Below, in pieces: positions 10,175-21,097 of a DNA stretch of 64,000 nt. Numbering within the stretch: the stretch's first letter is position 1; each line of letters starts with the position of its first letter. The stretch lies in the sequence record NC_061449.1. One strand, given 5' to 3'. Both the position numbers and the translations under genes were made by a program. Under the pieces are notes generated by a model. It did not search any database, was not told the origin of the DNA, and saw nothing but the letters and a program-made list of their open reading frames with translations.

Positions 10175-10183
10175 GATTACTCC

Positions 10184-10816
10184 TTACGGCCAGGTTGTGC
10201 CTTGATCTTTTGTAGGGTCTACCCATATCGTCCCGGCTGCAACATTTCCGGGCTGGGTAGCACTCACAATAATAGACAGACGACCCGCAGGGCCCGCTGC
10301 GCCTGTAGGACCTGTAGGGCCTGTAGCGCCAGTTGCACCTGTAGGACCAGTGCCACCACGAGGACCAGTAGGCCCGGTAGGCCCCATAGGACCTGTTCGA
10401 CCGTCTGGTCCAGTAGGACCGACAGGACCGGGTAGACCATCACGTCCATCAGGACCGGGTAGACCCTGCTCACCGTCAGGACCGACGTCACCGTCACAAC
10501 CAGGCTCACCCGGATTACCATCTCGTCCATCGCGACCATCTTTACCATCAGCGCCTGTCTCACCTCTACTGCCCGGACGTCCCTCTGGAATATCAGACGC
10601 TGTAGGGAAACCGCCGACTTTTACTGTCTGTCCGTTAGCGAACTTGAGAGTAAGAATACCCGAAGTCGCATCGAACGATGAATCAGCAGTAAGCTCTGCG
10701 GGCACATCAGAATCAGCAGGGTCTATTGCAAGCACACCAGACTGAGCGCGAATCGCAGTAGCGGTGGTCGTCGAACCAGCCTGAATGAGACCGGTCTTAA
10801 CTTTAATCAGACTCAT
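10184..10816 (-). CDS. collagen-like protein
   Basis: 210 aa; about 33 Gly-X-Y triplets, GPT-rich; [14 protein letters not shown] motif. Confidence 0.85.
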   Translation of the reverse strand: MSLIKVKTGLIQAGSTTTATAIRAQSGVLAIDPADSDVPAELTADSSFDATSGILTLKFANGQTVKVGGFPTASDIPEGRPGSRGETGADGKDGRDGRDGNPGEPGCDGDVGPDGEQGLPGPDGRDGLPGPVGPTGPDGRTGPMGPTGPTGPRGGTGPTGATGATGPTGPTGAAGPAGRLSIIVSATQPGNVAAGTIWVDPTKDQGTTWP

Positions 10817-12258
10817 TACTTTTTCTCCGCTTTCGCAACGATATCCGTGTTGTGTACGAGTACATCGCCGACGAAGTAACAGTCAAATGGATCGACGTCT
10901 ATATCGACTGTCTTCACATGAGCATCTACTCGGCGGAACTCGTAAATTGACACAGGTCCTTTGCGGCCTAAAACAGTTTGTCCTGCTTGAACATCACGCG
11001 CAGGAACATAGCGCCACACGCTGTCATCGTAAATCAAGACAGGGTGCTCGTGCGTGAACTTCTGACCGTTGATAACGAAGTAATGATCTTCTTCACCATA
11101 TTTAAGAGCAGTCACAGTAGCGTTTACCAGATTGCCTTTCAGACTCTGAGAAGACCACTGACGGAAGTTCTTCGGTTGATTAGAGAAGCCCAGCAGACTA
11201 TCACCGACGAGAACGTCTTCGACAGCTTTAGGTCCTGTAATCGTTTCTACCTCAGAACCAAACACGATACAACCAGAAGTTGCAGTGTTTGTAGGGTTAC
11301 GCGCTACGACTGTCAAAGCAGAACTCACAGTAACAGTTGGACGCGACGTTTGACCAAGGTCAGTTACTACGCAACGAATAGTGCCTTTGATTGTACGGTC
11401 AGCACCGAGTCCAAGACGCAGATAGAAGTTAACGATACACGTTGAGGATGTTGTAGCGTCAAGCGTTACACCCTCAGTAGTTGTGATAGACCACTGATAC
11501 TTATATGGGCCTACACCTCCACGCGCGTTAACAGGCAGATACGCAAGCGAAGTAAACACATCAGAACCCTGTACTGCACGTTGACCAACCATGTACAGAC
11601 TAGAGACTGACGCAGCAAGAGGTGTTATCGTAGGCAGAGGCGGAGCTGGGGTAACGTTGCTCGTAGGATATAACCAAACAAACACTTTACCGTCTGTAGG
11701 CTGTGTACTCGACAGCACGGCAGTGGTGATAGGCGCTGGTCCTGTAGGACCTGTTGCACCTGAGATACAGCTCGGACCATCGTTCCCACGAGGACCTATT
11801 GGACCCGTAGGACCCGTAGGACCATCTGGCCCCGTAGGACCGTCAGGACCCATGCGACCAGTATCGCCTGGAGGTCCGTCTTCACCGTCACGTCCAGGGT
11901 CACCTACAGGACCAGTCTTGCCTCTATTGCCAATCTTACCAGGACAGCCTTGACGACCTGTTTCACCGTCACGACCATCTCGTCCATCACGACCGGGAGA
12001 ACCCGGAGCGCCTCGACGCCCAGGTTTCCCTTCGCCAAACATAGCGATTGTCGGGAGTCCGGGAACGTTTATCACATCCCCGTTCTTCTTGATGAACACT
12101 AACACACCTGTCTTGCTGTTAAATCTTACGCTTGCGAGTTGTGTAAGAGCAGCAGTATCAGAGGATTCGAACTGAGCGCTACCACCAACACCAACCAGCG
12201 ACTTACCTTCATCGTTGGCGGTTGTTTCGATTTGCGAAAGTTTTAACTGTGTTGTCAT
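10816..12258 (-). CDS. collagen-like fibre protein with Ig-like domain and C-terminal Hint domain
   Basis: 480 aa; Gly-X-Y region, Ig-like segment, then CIVFGSEV...FTHEHPV...[10 protein letters not shown]|T. Confidence 0.85.
   Translation of the reverse strand: MTTQLKLSQIETTANDEGKSLVGVGGSAQFESSDTAALTQLASVRFNSKTGVLVFIKKNGDVINVPGLPTIAMFGEGKPGRRGAPGSPGRDGRDGRDGETGRQGCPGKIGNRGKTGPVGDPGRDGEDGPPGDTGRMGPDGPTGPDGPTGPTGPIGPRGNDGPSCISGATGPTGPAPITTAVLSSTQPTDGKVFVWLYPTSNVTPAPPLPTITPLAASVSSLYMVGQRAVQGSDVFTSLAYLPVNARGGVGPYKYQWSITTTEGVTLDATTSSTCIVNFYLRLGLGADRTIKGTIRCVVTDLGQTSRPTVTVSSALTVVARNPTNTATSGCIVFGSEVETITGPKAVEDVLVGDSLLGFSNQPKNFRQWSSQSLKGNLVNATVTALKYGEEDHYFVINGQKFTHEHPVLIYDDSVWRYVPARDVQAGQTVLGRKGPVSIYEFRRVDAHVKTVDIDVDPFDCYFVGDVLVHNTDIVAKAEKK
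10849..11271 (-). other. Hint (intein-like) autoprocessing domain, 141 aa, no endonuclease
   Basis: Cys1 (res 330), block-B T-x-x-H (THEH), block-F D (VDIDV), terminal His-Asn followed by Thr+1. Confidence 0.85.
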
Positions 12259-14591
12259 TTCGGTTCAACCTTAATGCACAAGTTACCAGACAGCTTCGAA
12301 CCGTAGCTTGTGATCTGCGAATCAGTGATACGCACCTTAGCCACAATGTCGATGAAGCCTTGAGGCTGGTTCTCAATGAGCACGGTATACATCTGCGTCA
12401 GGCTAACGTTTGAATAGGCAATCACTTCTGTCAGACTCGCATCAGACGTGACGACGTTGAACCCTGCACTACCTGTACCCTTGAGGCCACGGCCATATTC
12501 AGCTTCGGCTGTTCCCGGAACTTTAAACGACAGGACGTACTCGATATGCTCTTTACCGCTGGTGGCTGCGAAGCCAGGACCCAGTTGACACTGGAAGTCA
12601 GCGGTACACGTAAGCATAACACCCTTGGTGAAGTCGATACGTTGAACGATGGTAAGTTCTTCAGAGTCTTCTACTACCTGCTGGATGTTGTACATGTTCT
12701 TTGGATCAGCTTCTTCGGCGAGAGCCTGAGTGTTGCTGATCGTAATCTCAGGCCACGTACCTTTAATCTGAATACCTTCACCCTGAATGATCTCAGGTGC
12801 AGCGATAGGCACGTCGATAGGAGGCAGACCCTGACGTTTGAACATGTAGCCGGTCGGTGTAGGGATAGCGTCAATGATGACACCATCAACTGAACTGTCT
12901 TTCGAACCCACCGCCATAACGTTCTCGAAGATTGTGATCTCAACGAGTGTATCAGCAGGGATAGGCGAAAGCGTTTTCAGTGTGTTGCCCGCGACCGTAA
13001 ACTCTTGCGTGTGAACTGTCAGACCACTCATTGCTACAATACAGTGCGACTTGTTCAGTGGTGTAGTCGGCAGAGTAAATGTATCAGCATCATAAGGCAG
13101 GCGATACTGAGCAACACGAATACGAGTAGACCAGTTGGCGCGTTCTTCATAGCGAGCTACATAGAATGTGTACTTCTGACCAGAAGGAATTGCTTCGGTC
13201 AGTGTGACGCTGTTACCGTTCGTGAGTTTATACACGGTGGTAGGCTGCCACGTAGAGCCGACAACACAGAACACCATGTCAACGCTATCAATCGGCTTAT
13301 TACCGAGTTTGAACAGCGCAGTCTGACCGTCACCAACACCTTCGTATGTTTCAAACAGGACAACGTGACCTTGCGACGGTTCGATGCGGAACTGACGCAT
13401 ATCAAGCTGCATACGCTGTTCAGGATAAGACGAAAGCAAAAGCTGATCGTCCACAACGCTATACGCAGTGCGAGGTTGAAGCACACCAGAAGTACCGAGC
13501 AGCAAGTCAGTCGAGCTATCGAGAATCTCGGACAGCGTGTAACGTAACTTGTCAGGAGTTGCTGTAGTCACAACAGAACTAAACAGCATCTTGCCCGGTG
13601 GAACGAATAGCGTACCTTGTGTCTGACGTGTGCTGCCAGCGACAGGACCCCAGTACGGCTGCAAGTCTTTGCCTCTGTACAATGCCCATGCTTCCGGTAC
13701 ATCGTTATTCAGCGGCCACGGAATGCCAGCAGACGGAGTTGTCGGGTTAGTGATGCGTCGCCACACAGCAATCGAAGTCTGAGCACTAACGAAAGGAATC
13801 GCGCTGTCCATATTGACAAGCTGACCGTTCGTGTACTTGAAGTGGCGACAAGCACCTGCACCTGTACCTGAGATTGTTTGAACAAGCACAATCTCGTTCG
13901 CTTTAAGACTAGTAATTGACGCAATCTTAAAGGTGTTCGCATTAATGAATCCAGCAGCAGTAATCTGTCCGCTGAAAATACGGTCGTGCTCACTGAAAGC
14001 CCAGTAATACGAGCCTTGACCGTAGCGATACGCAGTACCTGGAGAGCGTGTGCCGTCAGAGTTAACGTGCAGGTCAAGAACAGACACGGCGTTGAACACG
14101 TTGTCGTTCAAGCTCGGAAGATTTTGCAGCGTTGCTACACTCGGTATTGAAGTGTAGTCCGCCAGCTTAACAGCAAGAATCTTTTGAATGTCCTGCTGGA
14201 TATGTACGAGAAGACTAACACGGCTGATAGAGTTCGGCACAGCAATGATAGGCTCTTCCAAGACAACGTGACCGAAAGGTCTGTTATCTGAGAGCATGAT
14301 CAACAGCTCACCTACTCGTTTAAGCGTTTCACCTTCAACGTATTTGACTTTAATATCAAAGACGAAGCGAGCGCTGTTCTCGGTAAGAACCTGAACATAT
14401 GACAATGCGCCCGACGCAAGCTCGTTGCCAAGTAACTGCTCTGGAACCACTGATGGGTTTGAGCCTACAAAGTCACCTGCTTTGAATGCCACGGGTTGAA
14501 CTGCAAGTCCACTAGCATTCGCGTTCGCAACGGCCTGTTCTCCCTGAGGCGTTAGACGCAGAGCGTTAACGTAGATAGATTCAGTGGCCAT
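12255..14591 (-). CDS. baseplate/tail-fibre attachment protein with N-terminal tail-collar-fibre-like domain
   Basis: Start ATG 14591 with AGGAG RBS; N-terminus LTPQGEQAVA..AFKAGD..VGELLI..FGH resembles the DUF3751 tail-collar domain; internal repeated beta modules. Confidence 0.7.
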   Translation of the reverse strand: MATESIYVNALRLTPQGEQAVANANASGLAVQPVAFKAGDFVGSNPSVVPEQLLGNELASGALSYVQVLTENSARFVFDIKVKYVEGETLKRVGELLIMLSDNRPFGHVVLEEPIIAVPNSISRVSLLVHIQQDIQKILAVKLADYTSIPSVATLQNLPSLNDNVFNAVSVLDLHVNSDGTRSPGTAYRYGQGSYYWAFSEHDRIFSGQITAAGFINANTFKIASITSLKANEIVLVQTISGTGAGACRHFKYTNGQLVNMDSAIPFVSAQTSIAVWRRITNPTTPSAGIPWPLNNDVPEAWALYRGKDLQPYWGPVAGSTRQTQGTLFVPPGKMLFSSVVTTATPDKLRYTLSEILDSSTDLLLGTSGVLQPRTAYSVVDDQLLLSSYPEQRMQLDMRQFRIEPSQGHVVLFETYEGVGDGQTALFKLGNKPIDSVDMVFCVVGSTWQPTTVYKLTNGNSVTLTEAIPSGQKYTFYVARYEERANWSTRIRVAQYRLPYDADTFTLPTTPLNKSHCIVAMSGLTVHTQEFTVAGNTLKTLSPIPADTLVEITIFENVMAVGSKDSSVDGVIIDAIPTPTGYMFKRQGLPPIDVPIAAPEIIQGEGIQIKGTWPEITISNTQALAEEADPKNMYNIQQVVEDSEELTIVQRIDFTKGVMLTCTADFQCQLGPGFAATSGKEHIEYVLSFKVPGTAEAEYGRGLKGTGSAGFNVVTSDASLTEVIAYSNVSLTQMYTVLIENQPQGFIDIVAKVRITDSQITSYGSKLSGNLCIKVEPK

Positions 14592-14620
14592 CAAAGAACT
14601 CCTTGGGTTTTAACTGTCAT

Positions 14621-14628
14621 AAATTAGC
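14621..14628 (-). promoter_or_regulatory. GCTAATTT motif, putative late promoter
   Basis: Lies between a terminator and the RBS; the same 8-mer occurs in five other intergenic gaps. Confidence 0.6.
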
Positions 14629-14631
14629 AAG

Positions 14632-14674
14632 AAACAAAAAGGGAGCCAGGAACATGTCGCTCCGGACTCCCTTT
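14632..14674 (-). terminator. intrinsic terminator
   Basis: GGGAG...CTCCC stem followed by TTTTTGTTT, just after the stop at 14678. Confidence 0.7.
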
Positions 14675-14677
14675 ATT

Positions 14678-17600
14678 TTACTGGTAACGCACAGTGATAA
14701 CAGAGGAACCGAACGCTCGCGCATTGGTACGATAGATCAAGACGTTCTCTGTCAGGTTATCATACACAATTTTGCCAACGATAGGACCTTTCTTACCGTT
14801 ATCTCCAGTGACAGGCCACTGAGCACCATCAAACCCAAGCCACCCTTTGTTCACTGTTCCAGAACTGTCCGCGGCTGCTGCAAACACAGCTTGTCCGTAT
14901 GACTGTCTGACAACGAAGTAACCGTACTCGTCTTGTTTTGTGGACAACACGAACTGGCCACCTGTCTTAGAACGTAAACGTGTCGGCAACTGAGCAAGTG
15001 CGATACTCACACCAGTAATACCGAAAGGTGCAACACCGAATCGAGGATAGGACGACATGGCTTTCATGAAGTGCGTCTGCGTAAGCGTCTGCTGTCCTTC
15101 AATGTAGATAGCCTTAACACCAAAGTCCGTGTCGTTAAGCAACAGGCCGATAGTCAGGCGACCAGTCTGAGCATTGATAGAGATGCCCTGCACGTCTACC
15201 ACGTCACCCTTACTGTTCGTAATCTGCCACAGGCACTTAGCGCTCACATCATCTTTCACGAACGTACCAGTGCGACCAAGCAATGCGTTCATCTGCATTG
15301 AACTATCGTCACGCACATTCGTGTAGCCACCTACTGTCAGGTCTTGTGGGAAACCAATGCCTGGGCATGTGATCTCTTGCACGAGACTAATAGTGGTGCG
15401 CTGCTCGGTGATGATACATTCAACCTTAACCTTCTGCGGGTCTTTCGATGCAGGGAAACGGAACGTACCGTCTTGCGCAAGCGTAAACCCACTGACAGAT
15501 TCAATCACGTTCCACTGGAACTTCACACTATTCGCATCAGGCAAGCGGCTTGAACCAGTTGCACCAGAGCGTCGTGTGTAGAATGCAGTGAAGCGGTAAT
15601 CAGTGTTAGGGCTGATATTGCCGGGAGGGTTTTCGATATACCCGTTAAGAATCGTGTTCTGCGTTTGAAGCTGAATCGTGCGCGTACCGATAATTGTTTC
15701 ATCAGCAAGCGACTGCGGGTTCTGCTTGGTGAACACAGCATGAAGGTTAATAACACCGTCAGACAATTGGGTCTGTCCAATAAACAAATGACCGTTCAGA
15801 GGATTGACAGACACACCATCAACGTTAGTCTCGTCACCGATAGACCAGATAGCGTCAGTCGTCGTGAGTTCTGCATCGGGATCGATGATGACACGCAGAC
15901 CGTAAGGCACGTACCAGCGTCCGTTCTCGTAACCGATAGTAGGGTTACGATCAGATACATCCCACACAACGTCAGGACCAGTGATGCCAATCTGACGGAG
16001 ATACGTGTTCGCCTGAACAAGATAGACAAGCAACGTCTTCTCAATCTGATACTGGTCGCACGTATAGCGAGCGCGAATCAGCACAGCACCATTAACGTTC
16101 TTGCTAGGTGTGAGTGAACCTTCTGCATCAATCTCGGCCACTATGTCGGTAGTAGGCACAAGCATCTGCGTATTGTTCGGACCTGGCTGCACGTAATAGT
16201 TCTGCACCACCAGCCACTCTGAATCGACTTCGAGATCAAACGTCTTCGGCGTTTCCTCCGCATACGAACCGTCGAGTGTACGCATCACGCCACCAGTCTT
16301 ATACGTGTTGACCAGAGTGTATGACTCGGACAGCACGTCAGCACTGATTTGCGTTGCACCCTCAATACGGCTGTTAATGATGTTGTTGATACTCTGCTTA
16401 GGCTGAGGAGCCACCGTCACGTCAATCTTATTGCTCACTCGGAAGAATGAAGCAATAACCTGCGTAGCGGTGCTGTAGTCGTACTTGCTCTTGCCTGTTT
16501 GCAGAATAGCACCGTCAAAGTATGCTTTGTTCAGGTCAGCGATACTGCCGATAGCATTGAACATAGGCAGCTTACTGACACCCATCGAACGGAAGTCTTT
16601 GTAGTCAGTAGGTGTGCGACCCTCAACGATTTCAACAACCGCCATCCCACTGTATCGACCAGGCGAGAACTGGAGGAACTTGTAATCGTCTTCGTCTTTC
16701 TCAGGCCAGTTACCAACCCACTCAGCAGCGGTCACATACTCCTGACTACCATCAACATAGGTCGCAAGCAGACGAACGAACGTGCGTGACTTCTCGTACA
16801 ACAAGTCAGGACATTCGATAGTAATACTGTCCACCAGCGAGCGCGTAGGTATCAATTGCAAATCACGGTAGTTAGTGAGATGCGTACCTTCGAACTCATA
16901 CTCCATGCTGATACGCGCAGAACCATGCAGGTCACCCTGATAGTAAAGCACATACTCTTTCACACTGCGTCCCATGATTGGGTCATACACAGTGTTATTG
17001 CTTTGGCTAACAGTCAGCGTTACCCAGCGAGCATAATCAGGATGGTCAGGGTCGAACTGACTCGGGTCCTGCCCTTGTTCAACTGCTTGTTGTTGCAATC
17101 GGATTGTACGCTGTCTCGCTTCCTCAATAGCAGACGCAGACGGAACGTACTCAACCGTAACAGCAGCCGCAGCAGCATAAGACAAGCCGTTGTTCCATAG
17201 ACAGACCACAGGCATCATAAGTGTGGAGCCGCTACTGATAGTAGGAGAGGATCGCAGGTCAACTGACTTAGGAATCATAATCGTGTCGTTAACGAGAATG
17301 ATTCGGTTGAACGTTACGGTAGAGCTACCGTCAATGAAGGTGAAGTTCAGCGCATACTTCAACGCATCACCGCTAACCAGAGGGGCTTCGAACTCACCTG
17401 TCTGCGTATCGACACGAGGGATAGCATTGACCGCTGTTGCTTTGTCTTCACTACTGAACCAGATGCCAAACACTTCGATGTAAGCAACCACGATCGAAGG
17501 GTCACGCGCATTAATCTGGGCCTGAGTAGCAGACGCTAGTACATACAGTGCCATTGCTTTCGGGCGAACAATGTCGCGCTCAACCACAGTCTCAGGTACA

Positions 17601-19213
17601 ACGAGGTCAATCGTTGCCAGCTTAATATCAGGCGCTTTCAGCACGACCTGTTTGACTGCTTCGATAGGTGTGACTTCACCGAACACAGCATACACAGAAG
17701 TCAGATAGTCAGATCGCATGACCTTAGACTTCAACACGTTCTCAACTATCTCAGTATGCTCGCTGGTGGTACGTGCCTGTGCAGTGCCCAGCTTCGAAGT
17801 GCCGTCGTTGTACGTCACAGCATACTTGATAGAGACTTCTTCTCCCTGAGGGATTTCGTCGTCGAGGATGATGCGCAGTTCTGTAGGCACCAAGTCTTTG
17901 ACGCTGCGATTAACATCAAACTCCTGCGTCTTGGACATATCAAACTGTCCTTGGAACGCAACGCTAATGTCAACCTTAGAGTCTGCATCGACGCTAGGCA
18001 GATTGAGTGTCGTACCGTTGAACGTACCGAGAGTTGTGGACAGCGCAATCATGCCACTATCGGTCAGCTCTTTCATAGAGCCAGTGGACAGATACTTACC
18101 GTACACTCGGACTTTAGCACTCGCATTGCCGTACAGCGTAGGGCATTCAATTATCAGTTCATCTGGGTCAGGCTCGACACCCATAGGATAGATGCGCGAC
18201 TCTAACGCCTGCTTTGTGCCGTTGTAGCTTAGGGTGAGGTTGATAACAGAGATCGCAAGCGGTTCGTTGAAGCGCACTGCGTTACCGTCACGCTCTGCAA
18301 TCCATGAAGAGTCTTCTACCCACACTTCGACAGTCTGCTCGGTATTGTCGCTGTACTTAATGACAGCGCCGAACGTAGTCCACTCACCGCCTCTGATGAA
18401 CTCAGGTTGAATGAACGCGATAGACTTCTGCAACGGCGCACCTACCATGAAGCGTCGAACAGGCTCAACGACAACGTGCGCACCGAGATACAGTTTAGCA
18501 CTCAGATTGATTGCAGCGTATACGCCTTCTAATACTTCTTCGATGGGTGCCCACTGATAGAACAAGTCAGCAATGCGACGGTAGAACATCGCAGAACGCG
18601 CAGTGTATTGCTGGGCGTCGTTGTTGACAGGCTCAAAGCCGATGTGGTTGTTGAACCAATCTTCTGCCTCTTGCTGTGTCATGCCTACTTCTTGCAGTGC
18701 ACTAACAACGTCTTTCTCTGCGTCTTTCGTGATCGTCAGGTCAAGGCCACCATCAATCAGTTGCGCGTCAACTTCGAGATTAACCTTGTTCGTTTTGTAC
18801 CACGTACCACCGTCTTGAATCAGAGTACCAAGCGGGGTAGGCACGAACGTCTGATAGTCAGCAGTGTACAGGCGAGAAGCATCGAACTGCCCGCCCAACA
18901 ACATTCCCACGAACTTAGGCCACTGAGTTGTACCAGATACTTGCTGCCAGTCAGGTAAGCAGTCGATAACACGTTTCAATGAGGGCAAACGATACTGCAT
19001 CAGGTCGCGCGTGATGTTGATACCGAGCTGGCGAATACTCGCCTCAGCCAGCTCGTCGTTTGTGTCTGCATTGATACGACGAAGATTCAACAGTTGCTCA
19101 ATCACTGTGAGGTTCTGTTCGTCGTTGTGCCCATCGAGCATCTCGAACAACTCTGCCCATGCTGGGTTGGCTTCAACGAAGTCAATGTTAAAGGCTAGAG
19201 TGTTTGATTTCAC
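14678..19213 (-). CDS. large baseplate wedge protein with multiple Ig-like repeats
   Basis: 1511 aa; directly after the gp6-like gene; repeated Ig-like strands (A.Y.DG......W); C-terminal domain similar to that of 62067..64000. Confidence 0.7.
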   Translation of the reverse strand: MKSNTLAFNIDFVEANPAWAELFEMLDGHNDEQNLTVIEQLLNLRRINADTNDELAEASIRQLGINITRDLMQYRLPSLKRVIDCLPDWQQVSGTTQWPKFVGMLLGGQFDASRLYTADYQTFVPTPLGTLIQDGGTWYKTNKVNLEVDAQLIDGGLDLTITKDAEKDVVSALQEVGMTQQEAEDWFNNHIGFEPVNNDAQQYTARSAMFYRRIADLFYQWAPIEEVLEGVYAAINLSAKLYLGAHVVVEPVRRFMVGAPLQKSIAFIQPEFIRGGEWTTFGAVIKYSDNTEQTVEVWVEDSSWIAERDGNAVRFNEPLAISVINLTLSYNGTKQALESRIYPMGVEPDPDELIIECPTLYGNASAKVRVYGKYLSTGSMKELTDSGMIALSTTLGTFNGTTLNLPSVDADSKVDISVAFQGQFDMSKTQEFDVNRSVKDLVPTELRIILDDEIPQGEEVSIKYAVTYNDGTSKLGTAQARTTSEHTEIVENVLKSKVMRSDYLTSVYAVFGEVTPIEAVKQVVLKAPDIKLATIDLVVPETVVERDIVRPKAMALYVLASATQAQINARDPSIVVAYIEVFGIWFSSEDKATAVNAIPRVDTQTGEFEAPLVSGDALKYALNFTFIDGSSTVTFNRIILVNDTIMIPKSVDLRSSPTISSGSTLMMPVVCLWNNGLSYAAAAAVTVEYVPSASAIEEARQRTIRLQQQAVEQGQDPSQFDPDHPDYARWVTLTVSQSNNTVYDPIMGRSVKEYVLYYQGDLHGSARISMEYEFEGTHLTNYRDLQLIPTRSLVDSITIECPDLLYEKSRTFVRLLATYVDGSQEYVTAAEWVGNWPEKDEDDYKFLQFSPGRYSGMAVVEIVEGRTPTDYKDFRSMGVSKLPMFNAIGSIADLNKAYFDGAILQTGKSKYDYSTATQVIASFFRVSNKIDVTVAPQPKQSINNIINSRIEGATQISADVLSESYTLVNTYKTGGVMRTLDGSYAEETPKTFDLEVDSEWLVVQNYYVQPGPNNTQMLVPTTDIVAEIDAEGSLTPSKNVNGAVLIRARYTCDQYQIEKTLLVYLVQANTYLRQIGITGPDVVWDVSDRNPTIGYENGRWYVPYGLRVIIDPDAELTTTDAIWSIGDETNVDGVSVNPLNGHLFIGQTQLSDGVINLHAVFTKQNPQSLADETIIGTRTIQLQTQNTILNGYIENPPGNISPNTDYRFTAFYTRRSGATGSSRLPDANSVKFQWNVIESVSGFTLAQDGTFRFPASKDPQKVKVECIITEQRTTISLVQEITCPGIGFPQDLTVGGYTNVRDDSSMQMNALLGRTGTFVKDDVSAKCLWQITNSKGDVVDVQGISINAQTGRLTIGLLLNDTDFGVKAIYIEGQQTLTQTHFMKAMSSYPRFGVAPFGITGVSIALAQLPTRLRSKTGGQFVLSTKQDEYGYFVVRQSYGQAVFAAAADSSGTVNKGWLGFDGAQWPVTGDNGKKGPIVGKIVYDNLTENVLIYRTNARAFGSSVITVRYQ

Positions 19214-20673
19214 TGGTTCATTTTCCTTTCGCTGTACAGAATGTTGATGCGAAGGTTACGCAGTGCAACGTATTCGAGTACCGTGTTCGGGATAATATCC
19301 TGCACAGGGCTTTCGATGTTGCAGTAGTCTACTTCTGGTCTGCGTACAGGCTGATCAGGGTCGGTCCAATCATACAGCACACGGTCTGTAATGTCAGACA
19401 GCGCAAGACGTTTGCCTAGCAGACCCGGACGACGCTCAAACAGTTTAAGCACGGACTGTTCGAGGGTAGCCTTGTTTGAATCACGATCACCAGGCGCGTC
19501 AGCATACAGTGACACGTTCAGCGTACAGTCAATCTGTAGCTTGTCTGGGTTCCACGATTGAACATCGAGCGGGCTATTGAACTGAGCAAGCCAATTAAGG
19601 AACTTAGTCCATTGTGCAGACGAGGGATTAGGGTTGATGCCGCCCCACGTGCTCGTATTACGTGGCAACACAGCAACACGTACAACGCCTTGCCACTCTT
19701 TATCGTTCGGCGCAATTTCTGCCTGACCTTGAACAACAACGTCAGCAACGTCAGGATAAAGCGCGATAGCAGCTTTCCATTCGTCGCGGCGAATCAGTTT
19801 CTTACGACTGCGACCAACGATAGGACTGTAGTTACGATAGTAGTCAACAGGCGTTTCGTCAGAGCCGCCTAAAGCAGCGCTCACTGTCTTGCCTTGAAGC
19901 TGTGGGTTAGACAGGCATTGCACTTTCAGACCGATACTGTCAGTGTTACCGCTCGCGCCTAAAGACTTAATGCCCTGAACACGCAGCGTATAGCCTGCTG
20001 GTGGTTGTGCTCCCCACTGTTCCCCGCCAAACTGAATCTCAACGTCACCGTCATCCGTTGTCACATCGAGGAAGATTTGCTGATCAGCATATGCCTCGAA
20101 CAAACACTTGGTGAAACGCTGGAACTCAATCTTCGTGCCAGTAGGATGTTCGAACCACACACGCAGGTCATCAGTCAGTTGGAAATTCTGTGTACCCAAA
20201 CGAATCGACATGTAATCTACAGTGTTCGGTACGACCTGACTGAATGTGAACACTTCACCGATGATGAAGTCAACGTTCTTCACTTCACCCGGTTCCCATT
20301 GAGTTACTTCTGCAAGCAACGCATTGAAGTTACCGATAGTGAAAGGCGTGTACTTGTCATAAGATTGTTTTACAGAGCTTAGGTTAGCAACGGACGCAGT
20401 CACGGTTGATACTGACTTACGCCCTATATCAACACCCAAGTAACGAGCATTAGCAAGCACGGAGCTATTGCGTCGTGCAAGTCGGCTGAATGCTTCACGC
20501 GCTGCAATTAAAGACGCATAGGCATTCGTCACACCAAGGTCACCTAGTGCATCTGCCAGCAATGCGGTCAGGGAGCTTACCTGTGCGTCTGTCCAGTAGC
20601 TGGACTTATTAATACGATTCAGGAAGTCTTGTGCAAACTCCTCATGAGTCGTGTATGTGTTTAGCATGGACAT
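19210..20673 (-). CDS. baseplate wedge subunit (T4 gp6 / baseplate J-like)
   Basis: 487 aa; REAFSRLARRNSSVLANARYLG, GGSDETPVDYYR and LIRRDEW match gp6-family patterns; synteny with gp25. Confidence 0.85.
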   Translation of the reverse strand: MSMLNTYTTHEEFAQDFLNRINKSSYWTDAQVSSLTALLADALGDLGVTNAYASLIAAREAFSRLARRNSSVLANARYLGVDIGRKSVSTVTASVANLSSVKQSYDKYTPFTIGNFNALLAEVTQWEPGEVKNVDFIIGEVFTFSQVVPNTVDYMSIRLGTQNFQLTDDLRVWFEHPTGTKIEFQRFTKCLFEAYADQQIFLDVTTDDGDVEIQFGGEQWGAQPPAGYTLRVQGIKSLGASGNTDSIGLKVQCLSNPQLQGKTVSAALGGSDETPVDYYRNYSPIVGRSRKKLIRRDEWKAAIALYPDVADVVVQGQAEIAPNDKEWQGVVRVAVLPRNTSTWGGINPNPSSAQWTKFLNWLAQFNSPLDVQSWNPDKLQIDCTLNVSLYADAPGDRDSNKATLEQSVLKLFERRPGLLGKRLALSDITDRVLYDWTDPDQPVRRPEVDYCNIESPVQDIIPNTVLEYVALRNLRINILYSERKMNQ

Positions 20674-20674
20674 G

Positions 20675-21097
20675 TTATTGGCCCTTCATTGCAAACGTAA
20701 TGGATTGTTTGTCTTCGAGCTTAGGACAGCGCCATGTGACTACGCACACGTAGGTCTGTTCGAATTGATCGCTCGCTGTACACGCTGTTTGCACGTTCGT
20801 TACATCCTGCGTCAGCCCGTTATAAGGGTCTTCAAGGGCAAGGCGCATGTATGTTGCAATCCAGTCAGCAGTAGTCTGGTCAAACGGCTCAAATAGGTAT
20901 TTATATACATCTGCACCGAAGTTCTCGCGCCACTTGCGTGAACGTTTACGAGTACCGATTACCATCAGAATCTTCTGGACGATGCTGTCCATGTTCTGCA
21001 CGTTATCACGCGGCTCAAGTTGAATCCACGTATTGATATCACAATAGATGCGCTCACTAATGGGCACGTCTATCAATCGAATCCCGATTCCTGCCAT
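20675..21097 (-). CDS. baseplate gp25-like (GPW/gp25) protein
   Basis: 140 aa; SIVQKILMVIGTRKRSR..FGADVYKYLFEP motif. Confidence 0.85.
   Translation of the reverse strand: MAGIGIRLIDVPISERIYCDINTWIQLEPRDNVQNMDSIVQKILMVIGTRKRSRKWRENFGADVYKYLFEPFDQTTADWIATYMRLALEDPYNGLTQDVTNVQTACTASDQFEQTYVCVVTWRCPKLEDKQSITFAMKGQ

Noticed and set aside
3966-11953. Pro/Gly-rich plus-strand ORFs over the collagen genes
   Set aside because: Reverse-complement artefacts of Gly-Pro-X codon repeats
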